Part shown: piece by piece, positions 1 through 9,938 of the stretch
How the letters are laid out: each line of letters starts with the position of its first letter
How positions within the stretch are numbered: the first letter of the stretch is position 1
NCBI GenBank assembly: GCA_937922805.1
Contig: CALAJV010000013.1
Location: forward strand, 8,879 to 72,878
From: an uncultured Acidimicrobiales bacterium
Lineage (GTDB): Bacteria; Actinomycetota; Acidimicrobiia; Acidimicrobiales; SZUA-35
Direction: 5' to 3'
Length of the DNA stretch: 64,000 nucleotides
Made by a program: the position numbers and the translations under genes
Notes under the pieces: generated by a model
The model's database searches: none
The model's input: only the letters and a program-made list of their open reading frames with translations
What the model was told of the DNA's origin: nothing

Positions 1-1
1 G

Positions 2-1402
2 AGCAATTCGGCGCTCGGCTTGATCGATGTGCGCTCGTACCTTTTCTCGGATCTTTTCTTCGGCTTCGAGTCGGACGAATTCGCTTTGTGCTTGAGCCTG
101 CTGCAACAGATCAGAAACCGTGGCTCGAGCCTCAGCGATCTGCGATAGTGCTTTGTCTCGCTCCCGCTCCGCCTCTTCGGCGTTCTTGTAAACTTCGCCC
201 TGCCGAGCAGCTACATAGTCATCAGCTTCTTGACGCTTGAGCGTCATGTAAGCATTCGCTTGCTCTTCCTTCGTACCAAAGTAGTCGTCGCCTTCTTTTT
301 TGCGACTTACAACGAATTCTTCCGCTTCTTGGTTACGGGCGGTGATCGCTGCTTCGGTATCGATAATCATTCGTTCACCGTCAGCTGCTGCTGCGGCTCG
401 AATATTCTCGGCTTCGTCGGCTACCTCGGCACGGATTCGTTCGGCGTCAGCGCTGGCGGCCATCATGAGCTTGTCGGCTTGGCTGCGATGATCGTCGAGC
501 AATGCTGCCGCTTCTGCTCGTAGTGAAGCTGCCTCAGACTCTGCTTCGGCCAGTTGACTCTCGACCGACTCTGTGGTCGCTTGCTGCAACTCGGCCACAT
601 CGGCTTCTACTGCAGCTTTGTGATCAGCAACTTCTTGTTCGACTTTGAGCTTGTGATCGTTTGCTTGATTAACCGCTGTTTGTCGGATCTGATCGGCTTC
701 CTTGCGACCGTCTTCTCGAAGCTTGAACGCTTCGGCCTCAGCCGAGTTCCACATTTCATCAGATCTCGTCTTGGCCTCGGCCAAGATGTTGTTAGCTGAG
801 GTGCGAAGCTCGTTGGCTTCGGTCTCGGCTGCGGTAAGCATGCCTTCAGCTTCGCTATGGGCTGCTTTCTTAACCGCTTCAGCCTCAGACGTTGCTGAGC
901 CCAGCTTGGCCTCAGCGTCGGCTTCGGCACTTGAGATCATCGTCTCAGATTCGAGACGGGCTTCAAGCAGCATGTTCTCAGCGTCAGATCGTGCGTTACC
1001 ACGAAGCGAGTCTGCTTCTGTCTGGGACGAGATCATCAACGCCTCAGACCGCGTGGTTAGATCTTCCGCTTCGCTCTTCGCGTTGCCAAGCAATGAGTCT
1101 GCCTCTTGCTGGGCCTTAGACCGAATCTCATCGCCGGATTCCTGAGCTAGTCGCAACATCTCAGCAACACGGCCACCGAGGGCCCCGAACTGATCTTCAC
1201 CAGCAGTTGCTGGTGTCGCAACTACTGATGCCGCATGTGCTTCTGCTTCAGTAAGCCGCTTTTTGGCGTCTGCTACGTCTTCTTGCAGCTGACGAACCAA
1301 TGTCCCGACTTGGCGAAGGTATCGACGGACTTCTTCGGGCTCGTAGCCCTTCCGTGTCCGTGTAAAGTCCTGAACCTCTATCTCATCTGGTGTTATACCC
1401 AC
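2..1402 (-). CDS. DivIVA-domain long coiled-coil protein (Scy/DivIVA-like); runs off the left window edge
   Basis: Absent from the ORF track because it has no stop in the window. My translation from GTG 1402 (AGGGAG RBS upstream) gives MGITPDEIEVQDFTRTRKGYEPEEVRRYL, a DivIVA N-terminal motif, then FGALGGRVAEMLRLAQE and a long Ala/Glu/Arg heptad region. Confidence 0.85.
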   Translation of the reverse strand, partial: MGITPDEIEVQDFTRTRKGYEPEEVRRYLRQVGTLVRQLQEDVADAKKRLTEAEAHAASVVATPATAGEDQFGALGGRVAEMLRLAQESGDEIRSKAQQEADSLLGNAKSEAEDLTTRSEALMISSQTEADSLRGNARSDAENMLLEARLESETMISSAEADAEAKLGSATSEAEAVKKAAHSEAEGMLTAAETEANELRTSANNILAEAKTRSDEMWNSAEAEAFKLREDGRKEADQIRQTAVNQANDHKLKVEQEVADHKAAVEADVAELQQATTESVESQLAEAESEAASLRAEAAALLDDHRSQADKLMMAASADAERIRAEVADEAENIRAAAAADGERMIIDTEAAITARNQEAEEFVVSRKKEGDDYFGTKEEQANAYMTLKRQEADDYVAARQGEVYKNAEEAERERDKALSQIAEARATVSDLLQQAQAQSEFVRLEAEEKIREKVRAHIDQAERRIA

Positions 1403-1709
1403 CGGATCTCCCTGTTCTAGCCGCACCCGGTCCTCTATCTAACTCTTGATAGGGGGTGTTGAACAAGTTTGATTCGAGATTGTTCCGCCATCAAGAGTGC
1501 AGTACAACACTATCCAACATGAGCCGTGAGTACTAGGGGAAGATCATCAAACATCTATCTATTTGCATGGCTTGCGACGTTTCTTGGACAGGATTGTCCC
1601 TTCATCACTGTCCAGGGGCGAAGCAGACGCCAAAATAAAGTAGTTCGACCGACCCACAAATATTTGCGTCTTTGTGGTTCAAATCGCTCCGACAACCACA
1701 ATCAACCTG

Positions 1710-1718
1710 TTATCCACA
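1710..1718 (+). promoter_or_regulatory. Perfect DnaA-box consensus TTATCCACA (single copy)
   Basis: Exact 9-mer in the intergenic region upstream of the DivIVA-like gene; function unproven. Confidence 0.3.
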
Positions 1719-1731
1719 GCCTGTTGGTTGT

Positions 1732-4377
1732 TTATCGGCTCGCTCCGGGGACGCCGAGCCCCAGTTGTTCGGGTCGAAATACGCGGCCCTGAGCCCAGGT
1801 TTGGAGTGCTCGTTGGATCCCAACTGGCTTACCGAGACCAAACCCTTGAGCGTATCGACAGCCGAGGTCCTGGAGATCGGCCAGCTGATCGACGTTTTCA
1901 ACTCCTTCAGCTATGACTTGCAGTCCAAGCGACGATGCTAACGCTATCGATGCGTGGACGATCGCTGTGTCTTCTCGAGATGAGTTCAGACCAGCAACAA
2001 ACGACCGGTCGATCTTCAACACGTCGGCCATGGAAAACCTACGCAGATAATCGAGGGTGGCGTGACCAATCCCGAAATCGTCGATCGCTATACGGCATCC
2101 CAACTCGGACAGCTTCGTTAGGCTTCGGTCCGCCGCCTGTAGGTCTGTGATGCCCATCGATTCAGTGATTTCGAAACCGAGCCGGTTCGGGTGCAACCCG
2201 TTTCGGCGGAGCGCGCTAACGATCGAAGGAACTAACGTGTCGATCGACAGTTGGCGGGCGGCCAAATTGACACTTACCATCGGAGATCTGCCGTGCGACT
2301 TGGGCCACGACCCGAGATCTTCACAGACCTTGTCTATTACCCACCGTCCGATCTCCACGATCAGGTCTGACTGTTCCGCCACTTCGATAAACGATCCGGG
2401 ATAAAGCAAACCGAAGCCTGGTCGTTCCCATCGAATGAGCGCTTCGGCGCCGACCATGAATCCATTGCGAACTTCGACTATCGGCTGGTAGTGAACGACG
2501 AGTTCGTTGTTCACGAGCGCTTGGTGAAGGGCTTGTTCGGTCGCATGCTTTTCGAGTACTTCCCGGTTCAAACCCGCTTTGTAGGTCACGAATCGACCAC
2601 GGCCGGTCGACGTCGCTTTCGCTAGAGCCGATTCGGCTTGTCCGATGATGGCTGCTGGCGTTGACCCCACTTCGTCGACCACAACAACGCCGACTGATGC
2701 CGTTACTCGCAACTCTCCAGTCGGTCCAACTTCAAACGGCTGGGCCAGAGACGTCAGGATGCGGTGCGCCACCGCGTCAGCATGTAATTCTCCTCGGTCG
2801 GCCACACACAACACGAGGTACTGGTCGCTACTGATCCGACCGACCGTGTCGCCAAGTCGAACTGCTGAAAGCAGTCGATCTGCGACCTCAAGCAGAACTC
2901 TGTCTCCTACGTCGACTCCCCAGGTGTCATTTATTGATTTGAAGTGGTCTATGTCGACTAGCAAAACTGACAAGGCGATCCCGTCTCGGTCAAGACGAGC
3001 AGTAGCTTGCCCTAGCCGATCAACGATCAAAGCCCGATTTGGCAGATGAGTTAACGGGTCGTGTAGCGATTGATGAGCGGCATCGCCTTCAGCTGACGCA
3101 CGCTCAATAGCTGCTGCGGTGACGGAGGCATAGTGCGATAGTTTGTCGGCTGCTTCTTGATCAAGTTGGGTTCGCTTCGTTACTACGCCTAGGGCTCCAA
3201 GCATTCGGTGCTTGCTATCCACTATTGGCACGAACCACACCGCTTTAGTTCCATGAGGACGCAAGGTGCGGGCCAGTGGCGCCGGCAGCCCTTCAAACGA
3301 GACCACTCGCATCGTTGGTTCACTGCTTGATTCCAAAATAGCGGTGAGCGTTTGGGCCACTGTTTTGAAACCGAACCCGCCTCGAACAATTGGTTCGAGC
3401 TCTCCCGATTGGTTTGCCAAGGCCAACCATGCGCTAGAACCGTCAGCCAAATCATCTTCAATATGGGAACAGACTTGGTGACAGAGCAAACCGAGTTCTT
3501 GACCTCGGCCAAGCGAGCCGACTACTGACGTCTCGCTGGCCACTAGCTGTTCGGCTGATTGCTTCGAAAGGTCTCGGAATTGAACCAGCACATACGGCAC
3601 CGACGGCGACATCGACGGCACCACCGAATAGGTCGCGTGCACGAGAAGGGACTCGGTAGCCGACCTTTGCAGCGTTTGCACGGTGACGAACTCGCGTTGT
3701 GCCAGATGCTGTGCCTCGTAGCTATTTCTGGCTGGGGAGACGCCGTCCGAGAGGTCTATGTCGACTGGCGGCTTCGGTTCTACTCGAGGTTCGGCACCAA
3801 ACATTTCAAGCGCCAAGTTTGAGATGCCATGGTTGTCGACACCGCTCGATTCGCGACCAGCGTCGTCTTCTGGAATCAAGGTTCGCTGCATTTCAAGCAA
3901 TTGTTCGGTGCTGTGATGATCGGCGAACAGCACTGATGGATCTCGACCTAGTAGCTCACTAGCATCACGGTCGACTAGTCCGGCAAGGCCTTCACTGGCG
4001 AATACTAGAAAGGGCGCTAGCGAGTTGGGATTGAAAAAAATGACCGCCAACCCGTCGACAGCGGCGCATGTGCTTTCGCCTTCGGCCGAAACCGCGGAGG
4101 CACTAGCGTCGGCGCTTGTGGTGGTCCGGCCTGGGTCGTGCAAAGTCTCCCCCGAACCGCTTGAGGTTGAGGTTGTGCTGGGCCGACGCCGAGCTTTCAA
4201 TCGAGCCAAAGCGGATCGCTTGGTGGCGTCGAGGGAATTCGGGCTATCTAAGGGTATTCGATCGGTCAACGGTCTTCTTTTCCTAAGTCCGCCGACTCGA
4301 GTCCCCCATATCTTAGTCTCCGTTAGTCGAGTCCACGCACGACCATCCTGTGAACGATTAGCAACCACCCTGCCCAA
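1732..4377 (-). CDS. PAS/GAF-GGDEF-EAL c-di-GMP signalling protein, probably a phosphodiesterase
   Basis: HDPLTHLPNR, DIDHFKSIND, degenerate GGDEF site (ISSDQY), EAL motifs AEALIRW, DDFGIG, KIDRSFV, AEGVE. Start uncertain. Confidence 0.9.
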   Translation of the reverse strand: MGRVVANRSQDGRAWTRLTETKIWGTRVGGLRKRRPLTDRIPLDSPNSLDATKRSALARLKARRRPSTTSTSSGSGETLHDPGRTTTSADASASAVSAEGESTCAAVDGLAVIFFNPNSLAPFLVFASEGLAGLVDRDASELLGRDPSVLFADHHSTEQLLEMQRTLIPEDDAGRESSGVDNHGISNLALEMFGAEPRVEPKPPVDIDLSDGVSPARNSYEAQHLAQREFVTVQTLQRSATESLLVHATYSVVPSMSPSVPYVLVQFRDLSKQSAEQLVASETSVVGSLGRGQELGLLCHQVCSHIEDDLADGSSAWLALANQSGELEPIVRGGFGFKTVAQTLTAILESSSEPTMRVVSFEGLPAPLARTLRPHGTKAVWFVPIVDSKHRMLGALGVVTKRTQLDQEAADKLSHYASVTAAAIERASAEGDAAHQSLHDPLTHLPNRALIVDRLGQATARLDRDGIALSVLLVDIDHFKSINDTWGVDVGDRVLLEVADRLLSAVRLGDTVGRISSDQYLVLCVADRGELHADAVAHRILTSLAQPFEVGPTGELRVTASVGVVVVDEVGSTPAAIIGQAESALAKATSTGRGRFVTYKAGLNREVLEKHATEQALHQALVNNELVVHYQPIVEVRNGFMVGAEALIRWERPGFGLLYPGSFIEVAEQSDLIVEIGRWVIDKVCEDLGSWPKSHGRSPMVSVNLAARQLSIDTLVPSIVSALRRNGLHPNRLGFEITESMGITDLQAADRSLTKLSELGCRIAIDDFGIGHATLDYLRRFSMADVLKIDRSFVAGLNSSREDTAIVHASIALASSLGLQVIAEGVENVDQLADLQDLGCRYAQGFGLGKPVGIQRALQTWAQGRVFRPEQLGLGVPGASR

Positions 4378-4495
4378 GCATCAACAACCCCACGTCGATC
4401 GTGAAAGCCCCGAACGACCCGCAAGTTTCGGGTTCACCGAAACTTGGTAAGAGAGGGGCAAAGCCCCGAACGACAGTAATAGGCTACGAAGCGAT

Positions 4496-5755
4496 ATGTC
4501 GGAGCGGCCAAGTGAACCTACGAGCAGCACCTACACCGTGCCCCAACTCTGCGCCCACATCACTGAGGTGGTCGAAAGGGTTTTTGAGGACGAGCTATGG
4601 GTCCAAGGTTCAATCTCGGGTTTGAGTCGATCGGCCAACGGACATGTCTACTTCGATTTGATCGAAGCTACCGATGGCGTCGGGCAGTCAACCAAGGCTG
4701 TGCTGCCAGTAGCGTTGTTCTCCTCGTCTCGCCATCTTGTCAACAAGATTCTCCGTCGAGCAGGTGGCGTTCGGATGCACGACGGGATCGAGATTCGCAT
4801 TCGGGGCAAGGTCGCCTACTACCCGCCTCAAGGGCGAGTGCAACTCGTTATGTCGCTCATCGATCCTCAGTTCACCTTGGGGCAAATGGCGACTGCGCGC
4901 CAAGCTCTACTAGAAAAGCTGCAAGAAAGCGGGCTCTTAGAAAAGAACCAACAGCTATCACTACCTCTACTACCGCTTCGAGTTGCGTTAGTAACCAGCG
5001 ACGGTAGTGCTGCGTTCGCCGACTTTGTTGATGAGCTCGAATCGAGCGGCTACCCGTTTGATGTAGTACTCATCGACAGCCGGGTCCAGGGGATGGATGC
5101 TGTCCCTAGTTTGACTAGCGGGGTTCGCACCGCATTCGATTTAGATGTTGACGTCGTCGTCGTTACTCGAGGTGGCGGAGCCCGAAGTGACCTGGTCGCG
5201 TTCGACAGTGAGCGTGTCGCCACCGCCATTGCTCGGTGCCCCCACCCCGTGATCGTCGGTGTTGGTCACGAAATCGATCGGTCGGTTGCGGACGAAGTCG
5301 CCTACGCCAGCTGTAAAACTCCGACAGCGGCGGCGGCCATGCTGGTCGAAGCCGTCTCTGATTTCGATAGCCGCTTACAGGTCGGTAGTCAGCGTCTGAA
5401 CGATCTGACCGCGTTGCATTTACACACGGCTCAGCATCGACTTCGCAGCTCCGGCGAGCGCCTTCGGTCTGCGGCGAGCCGAGTTGTCGATCGGAACCAG
5501 TTGATACTCGACCACACAAACGAAAAACTCCAACGATCACCGACCAGGATGTTAGAACGAGCTCAGAATCAGCTTGATACCGCCTCGATCCGCTTGTCTG
5601 CCTTGGACCCCGAAGCTGCGCTACGTCGCGGGTGGACGATAACTCGAACCAGCGATGGGGATCTGGTTCGTTCGTCAGCCGATGTAGACATCGACACTGA
5701 GCTAACGACAAGAACAGCAAACGGAACTATAACTAGCCGAGTCGTCGAGCCGTAG
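4496..5755 (+). CDS. xseA: Exodeoxyribonuclease VII large subunit
   Basis: WVQGSISG..NGHVYFDL OB fold, TRGGG, GVGHEID, KTPTAAA motifs. Confidence 0.95.
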   Translation: MSERPSEPTSSTYTVPQLCAHITEVVERVFEDELWVQGSISGLSRSANGHVYFDLIEATDGVGQSTKAVLPVALFSSSRHLVNKILRRAGGVRMHDGIEIRIRGKVAYYPPQGRVQLVMSLIDPQFTLGQMATARQALLEKLQESGLLEKNQQLSLPLLPLRVALVTSDGSAAFADFVDELESSGYPFDVVLIDSRVQGMDAVPSLTSGVRTAFDLDVDVVVVTRGGGARSDLVAFDSERVATAIARCPHPVIVGVGHEIDRSVADEVAYASCKTPTAAAAMLVEAVSDFDSRLQVGSQRLNDLTALHLHTAQHRLRSSGERLRSAASRVVDRNQLILDHTNEKLQRSPTRMLERAQNQLDTASIRLSALDPEAALRRGWTITRTSDGDLVRSSADVDIDTELTTRTANGTITSRVVEP

Positions 5756-5798
5756 CTACTCGACCGCTAAGCCGGACCCAACAAGAAACTCGAAAGCC

Positions 5799-6179
5799 AT
5801 GACTAAGAAACCAGCAACAAAGACCTCAACAACAAAAGCCTCTGATTCAACGATTGACATCGACGACGAAAGCCTCACCTATGGGGATGCTCTCGAAGAG
5901 TTGGAATCTCTTCTGGACGAACTTGAAGTAACCGACGTCGATGTCGACCATCTGGCCGAACGAGTGGCCCGGGGCGTCAAACTAGTTCGATTCTGTCGCG
6001 CTCGACTCGATGTCGTTACCGAAGACGTCCAATCGGTTGTATCGGAACTGTTAGCCCCTGATCCTCACTCAGAGACCGACGACGCGTATGATGGCACTAC
6101 GTATAGTGGCACTGCGTATCGTGACAGCGAGTCGAACAACGATTCAGATCATGAGGAACCCAATGACAGCGACGAGTAG
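5799..6179 (+). CDS. xseB: Exodeoxyribonuclease VII small subunit with acidic C-terminal extension
   Basis: TYGDALEELESLLDELE...LVRFCRARL; directly follows xseA. Confidence 0.9.
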   Translation: MTKKPATKTSTTKASDSTIDIDDESLTYGDALEELESLLDELEVTDVDVDHLAERVARGVKLVRFCRARLDVVTEDVQSVVSELLAPDPHSETDDAYDGTTYSGTAYRDSESNNDSDHEEPNDSDE

Positions 6180-7303
6180 TGACTGATTCTCCAAATAGAC
6201 AACCAGCACTAACCCCGCCGCCTCAGCTGATAGAAGTAGCGTCCAAGGTCGACGCCCGGTTGCAGGCTGTATTAGACGAACAGATCGGACACTGGACAAC
6301 GATCGACCCAAGGTTAGGTGAAGCTGTCGCCGAGTTAGCCCGGATGACAACTAGCGGAGGCAAGAGACTCCGAGCCGCCTTTGCCTATTGGGCTTGGCGA
6401 GGCCACTACGACCGCCACCCTGACCTTCGGTCGGATAAGTTAGCGACTTCCGGCATCGGCCCTGAGGAACTCATCGTCAATCTCGGAGCGGCGTTCGAGT
6501 TCCTCCAAATTTTCGCTCTCATTCATGATGACATCATGGACGACTCGACCACCCGGCGAGGAGCGACAACCGTTCACGTTCAGAACGCCAACCGAGTGAC
6601 CGAACAGGGATGGCGGGGTGACCCTCGGCGATACGGCGAAGGCGTCGCTATCCTGGTCGGCGATTTAGGTCATGTCTACGCCGATCAGCTGACCAACGGG
6701 ATTAGTCCGAGAGGGCGACAAATTTGGGATGAGCTTCGGATCGAACTCAACTTAGGCCAGTACCTTGATATGCGCTCGGCCGCCGCTGGCGAACTTAACC
6801 TCGCGACGGCCCGGTCCGTGGCTGTGTTCAAATCTGCTCTCTACACCATTGTCCGACCGCTCCAGCTCGGCGTGTGCCTTCATGGTCCGGTGGATATCCA
6901 GCTACTCGAACAGCTCGACGCGTTCGGCCGACCGCTTGGTCGGGCGTTCCAATTGCGTGATGACGCGCTCGGCCTCCTCGGCGATGAGGAGACGTTGGGC
7001 AAACCGGTTGGAGACGATCTGCGGGAGGGCAAGCCGACCGAGCTCGTCGCCTTCGCCATGGCCAACTCATCACCAACCCAAAAGACCGTGCTGGATCTCG
7101 TTGGCAACCCCGACCTAAGTAGCGATCAAGTGAGTCAACTAATCGAAGTTTTGAGCGAAACCGGGGCCATTGCCCACAATGAACAAGAGATTCAAAGCCT
7201 CGTAATCGCAGCAACAGAGGCGCTGGATCGGATCGACTTTGCCCCTGAAGCCGTCGATGCGTTGCAGGCGATGGCCCAATATGTGGCGGCGCGGACGAGC
7301 TAA
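6179..7303 (+). CDS. Polyprenyl diphosphate synthase (short-chain/GGPP synthase type)
   Basis: GGKRLR, FARM FALIHDDIMD..RRG with an aromatic residue at -5, GQYLD, SARM FQLRDD, GDDLREGK. Confidence 0.93.
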   Translation: MTDSPNRQPALTPPPQLIEVASKVDARLQAVLDEQIGHWTTIDPRLGEAVAELARMTTSGGKRLRAAFAYWAWRGHYDRHPDLRSDKLATSGIGPEELIVNLGAAFEFLQIFALIHDDIMDDSTTRRGATTVHVQNANRVTEQGWRGDPRRYGEGVAILVGDLGHVYADQLTNGISPRGRQIWDELRIELNLGQYLDMRSAAAGELNLATARSVAVFKSALYTIVRPLQLGVCLHGPVDIQLLEQLDAFGRPLGRAFQLRDDALGLLGDEETLGKPVGDDLREGKPTELVAFAMANSSPTQKTVLDLVGNPDLSSDQVSQLIEVLSETGAIAHNEQEIQSLVIAATEALDRIDFAPEAVDALQAMAQYVAARTS

Positions 7304-7400
7304 ACAGCCTCTGGCGCCGCAAATTACCCATATCAAGGGCAGCTGCCTTCGAACTCGATTCGGGATAGCCTGTAACTTAAGTTGAACCTCGTCGTACTAC

Positions 7401-9146
7401 ATGCCGATGAGGAGAGTAGTGTCCGGCACTAAGCAAAGCTCGAACAATGTTGCCCTGCGGTGGATTGGTGAAGCAGGCCGAGTTCTACGTGGGTCCGCCG
7501 CGTCCGACAAGCCGACGACCAGGTTGTCGCCTCAGGACCTTTATCTCAGCCCCACCGTTTCCACATCGCTGACCGCCATCGTTGGTGTTCTTCGATGGGG
7601 TGCCGTCTTAGTAGGACTCGTTTTTGCCGCGCAACGGGCAGTGGGCGAAGGCGAGCTGAGAATCGTTGGCACGGTAGCTGTCGCCATCTTCATAACGTCG
7701 TGGCGAACAATCAACCCGCTCGTCCTTGGGTCGAAGTCCAAAATTTGGCTAACTAATTCTCTTGGCGATGTCGTCGTGCTCGCTGCCGCCATGGGCCTAC
7801 GGGAAGGCCTTTCGAATCCGTTGGTTGGCACGTTGTTCGTCGCTGTTGCCGTGGCATCGTTTGGCTGGGGTATCCGACGGGGAGCGATCGCGGCCTGTTT
7901 GGCCTTGGTCGTTTCCACTTTGGTTCTTCGATTCGGTGGCGACTTATTTGTCTGGCCGAGCCCGGTTGCCATAACCGCTCTTGCCGGGGCGACCATTCTT
8001 CCCGGCGTTGCCCTCGATCGCCTCCTCGAAATCGAAGCACGACGTCGAGTTCTGGTCGACCAGCGGGACAAGCTATCGCAAACCAATCAATTACTCGAAG
8101 TCTTGAACGACCTCGCCCGAACCCTACCTTCCTCTCTCGACCTCAACGACGTTGTGAGCAGTACCCGTCGCGAACTCCTTGAGACGTTTGAGGCCGACCG
8201 GGCTGCGATGTTGATCTTCGAAGATGGCACCTGGGCTCCACTGTTTCAAGATGGCTTCGACCTGGCACCGGAAGTTGCCGAGACGGACCTGCCCGAAATT
8301 TTGAAGCACGCAGCCCAATCGGTAGACCCGGTCCGAGTCGATGATCTGAGCACGGTTAGCGAACGCTCAGGTAGCGGACTTTACGTGAGGCTGGTGGCGC
8401 AATCGGTCGATGTCGGGCTTATAGCGTTGGAGCACAAAGAATCCGAACGCTTCACCAGCCGAGACGCTGAACTTTTGGAGGGGATGTCTGAAGTTCTCGG
8501 TTTAACGTTGGCCAACGCCAGATCGTTCAACCGCCTCCGTTCACTGACCGCAGCGGAAGAACGGTCGAAGATTGCTCGAGACCTACATGATCGGCTTGGC
8601 CAGTACCTCACGTACATAGCGATCGAGCTCGAACGCATTAACGCCAACTCGCCCTCAGTCGATCTAAAGGTGCTGCACGAAGATGTCCAGGGGGCAGTGG
8701 CCGAGTTTCGTGACACGCTACTCGAACTGCGGGCTGAGGTATCTGTGCACCGGCCATTGAGCACAGTTCTCGCGGAAGTTACCGATCGCTTCTCTAAGCG
8801 GAGTGAACTCGACGTGGTTCTTTCAGTTCCAGACCCAACGGAGCGCCTTCCAGGCCGGGTCGAGAATGAGTTTCTCCGAATTGCTCAAGAAGCTCTAACT
8901 AACGTAGAAAAGCACGCAATGGCCGCAAAAGTTCAGATTAGCTGGTCGATTGCCGATGGACTGGGAGTTCTAGTCGTTCAAGACGACGGCCGAGGCTTCG
9001 ATCCAGCTAAAGGAATCCGAGGAAATGCGTTCGGCCTAGTCGGAATGCGTGAACGCGCTGCATCCGTCGGTGCATTGCTTACAATTTCTAGTAAGCCTGG
9101 AGAAGGTACAGCAATCACAGTACAGTCCAGTCAACCATCACAATAG
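7401..9146 (+). CDS. Membrane GAF sensor histidine kinase (HisKA_3/NarX-DesK type)
   Basis: Multiple TM segments, EERSKIARDLHD, QEALTNVEKHA, DDGRGFD, FGLVGMRERA. Alternative start at GTG 7419 after AGGAG. Confidence 0.93.
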   Translation: MPMRRVVSGTKQSSNNVALRWIGEAGRVLRGSAASDKPTTRLSPQDLYLSPTVSTSLTAIVGVLRWGAVLVGLVFAAQRAVGEGELRIVGTVAVAIFITSWRTINPLVLGSKSKIWLTNSLGDVVVLAAAMGLREGLSNPLVGTLFVAVAVASFGWGIRRGAIAACLALVVSTLVLRFGGDLFVWPSPVAITALAGATILPGVALDRLLEIEARRRVLVDQRDKLSQTNQLLEVLNDLARTLPSSLDLNDVVSSTRRELLETFEADRAAMLIFEDGTWAPLFQDGFDLAPEVAETDLPEILKHAAQSVDPVRVDDLSTVSERSGSGLYVRLVAQSVDVGLIALEHKESERFTSRDAELLEGMSEVLGLTLANARSFNRLRSLTAAEERSKIARDLHDRLGQYLTYIAIELERINANSPSVDLKVLHEDVQGAVAEFRDTLLELRAEVSVHRPLSTVLAEVTDRFSKRSELDVVLSVPDPTERLPGRVENEFLRIAQEALTNVEKHAMAAKVQISWSIADGLGVLVVQDDGRGFDPAKGIRGNAFGLVGMRERAASVGALLTISSKPGEGTAITVQSSQPSQ

Positions 9147-9158
9147 GAACCCACCACC

Positions 9159-9818
9159 ATGATCAAAATTTTGCTGGCAGACGATCACGCACTACTACGA
9201 GAAGGACTGCGGAAGTCGTTCGAAGCCGCGGGCGACACCGTGGTTGGCGAAGCGTCTTCGGGCGAAGAGGCCGTTGCTCTAGCTCGAGCTCTTCAGCCTC
9301 AGGTTGTTTTGATGGACCTGTCAATGCCGGTAATGGATGGAATCGAAGCCACCCGACGGATCCGAGAGGAAGTTCCCGGAGTTCGCGTTGCCGTGCTCAC
9401 CATGCATGACGACATCGAAAAAACTCGAGATGCCATCACAGCTGGCGCCACTGCATATCTAAGTAAGGGAACGTCGTTCTCTGAAGTTCGCGAGACTGTG
9501 CTCCGAGTGGCTGAAGGCGATACCGCTTTGTCTCCAGCGCTAGCAGGAGCGATGCTAGCGTCGGCTCGGTCAGAACAAGCCGACCAAAATCTTCTGAGCG
9601 ATCGTCAGGTTGAAATTTTGCAAGCGATCGCCAATGGTATGAGTACCAAGCAGGCCGGACGCCACCTTGGCATTACGACCAAAACCGTTCACAACCACTT
9701 GAATGCTATTTACCGAAAGCTTGATGCCCAGTCCCTTACTCACGCTGTTCTAAGCGCGGTACGGCTCGGCATTATCGACCTTGACGATCAGGTCGAGACC
9801 GAAACAGCTGAAGCGTAA
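9159..9818 (+). CDS. NarL/LuxR-family response regulator
   Basis: ILLADDH, LMDLSMP receiver domain; LSDRQVEILQAIANG..KTVHNHL HTH. Confidence 0.95.
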   Translation: MIKILLADDHALLREGLRKSFEAAGDTVVGEASSGEEAVALARALQPQVVLMDLSMPVMDGIEATRRIREEVPGVRVAVLTMHDDIEKTRDAITAGATAYLSKGTSFSEVRETVLRVAEGDTALSPALAGAMLASARSEQADQNLLSDRQVEILQAIANGMSTKQAGRHLGITTKTVHNHLNAIYRKLDAQSLTHAVLSAVRLGIIDLDDQVETETAEA

Positions 9819-9938
9819 CTAGCACTATGTAGTCTTCGAAGTCCACCGCTCCCCGTCGTCTACGACGCCGGCTGGTGTTAGAAGTAATGGTTACCGGGCT
9901 TTATCCAAGTTCGGGAGCAGCCAATCTCTTTCCCCTTT

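Noticed and set aside
230-1420. Short ORFs on both strands (e.g. 230..523 +, 607..930 -, 702..1145 +)
   Set aside because: Shadows of the real DivIVA-like minus-strand ORF starting at 1402.
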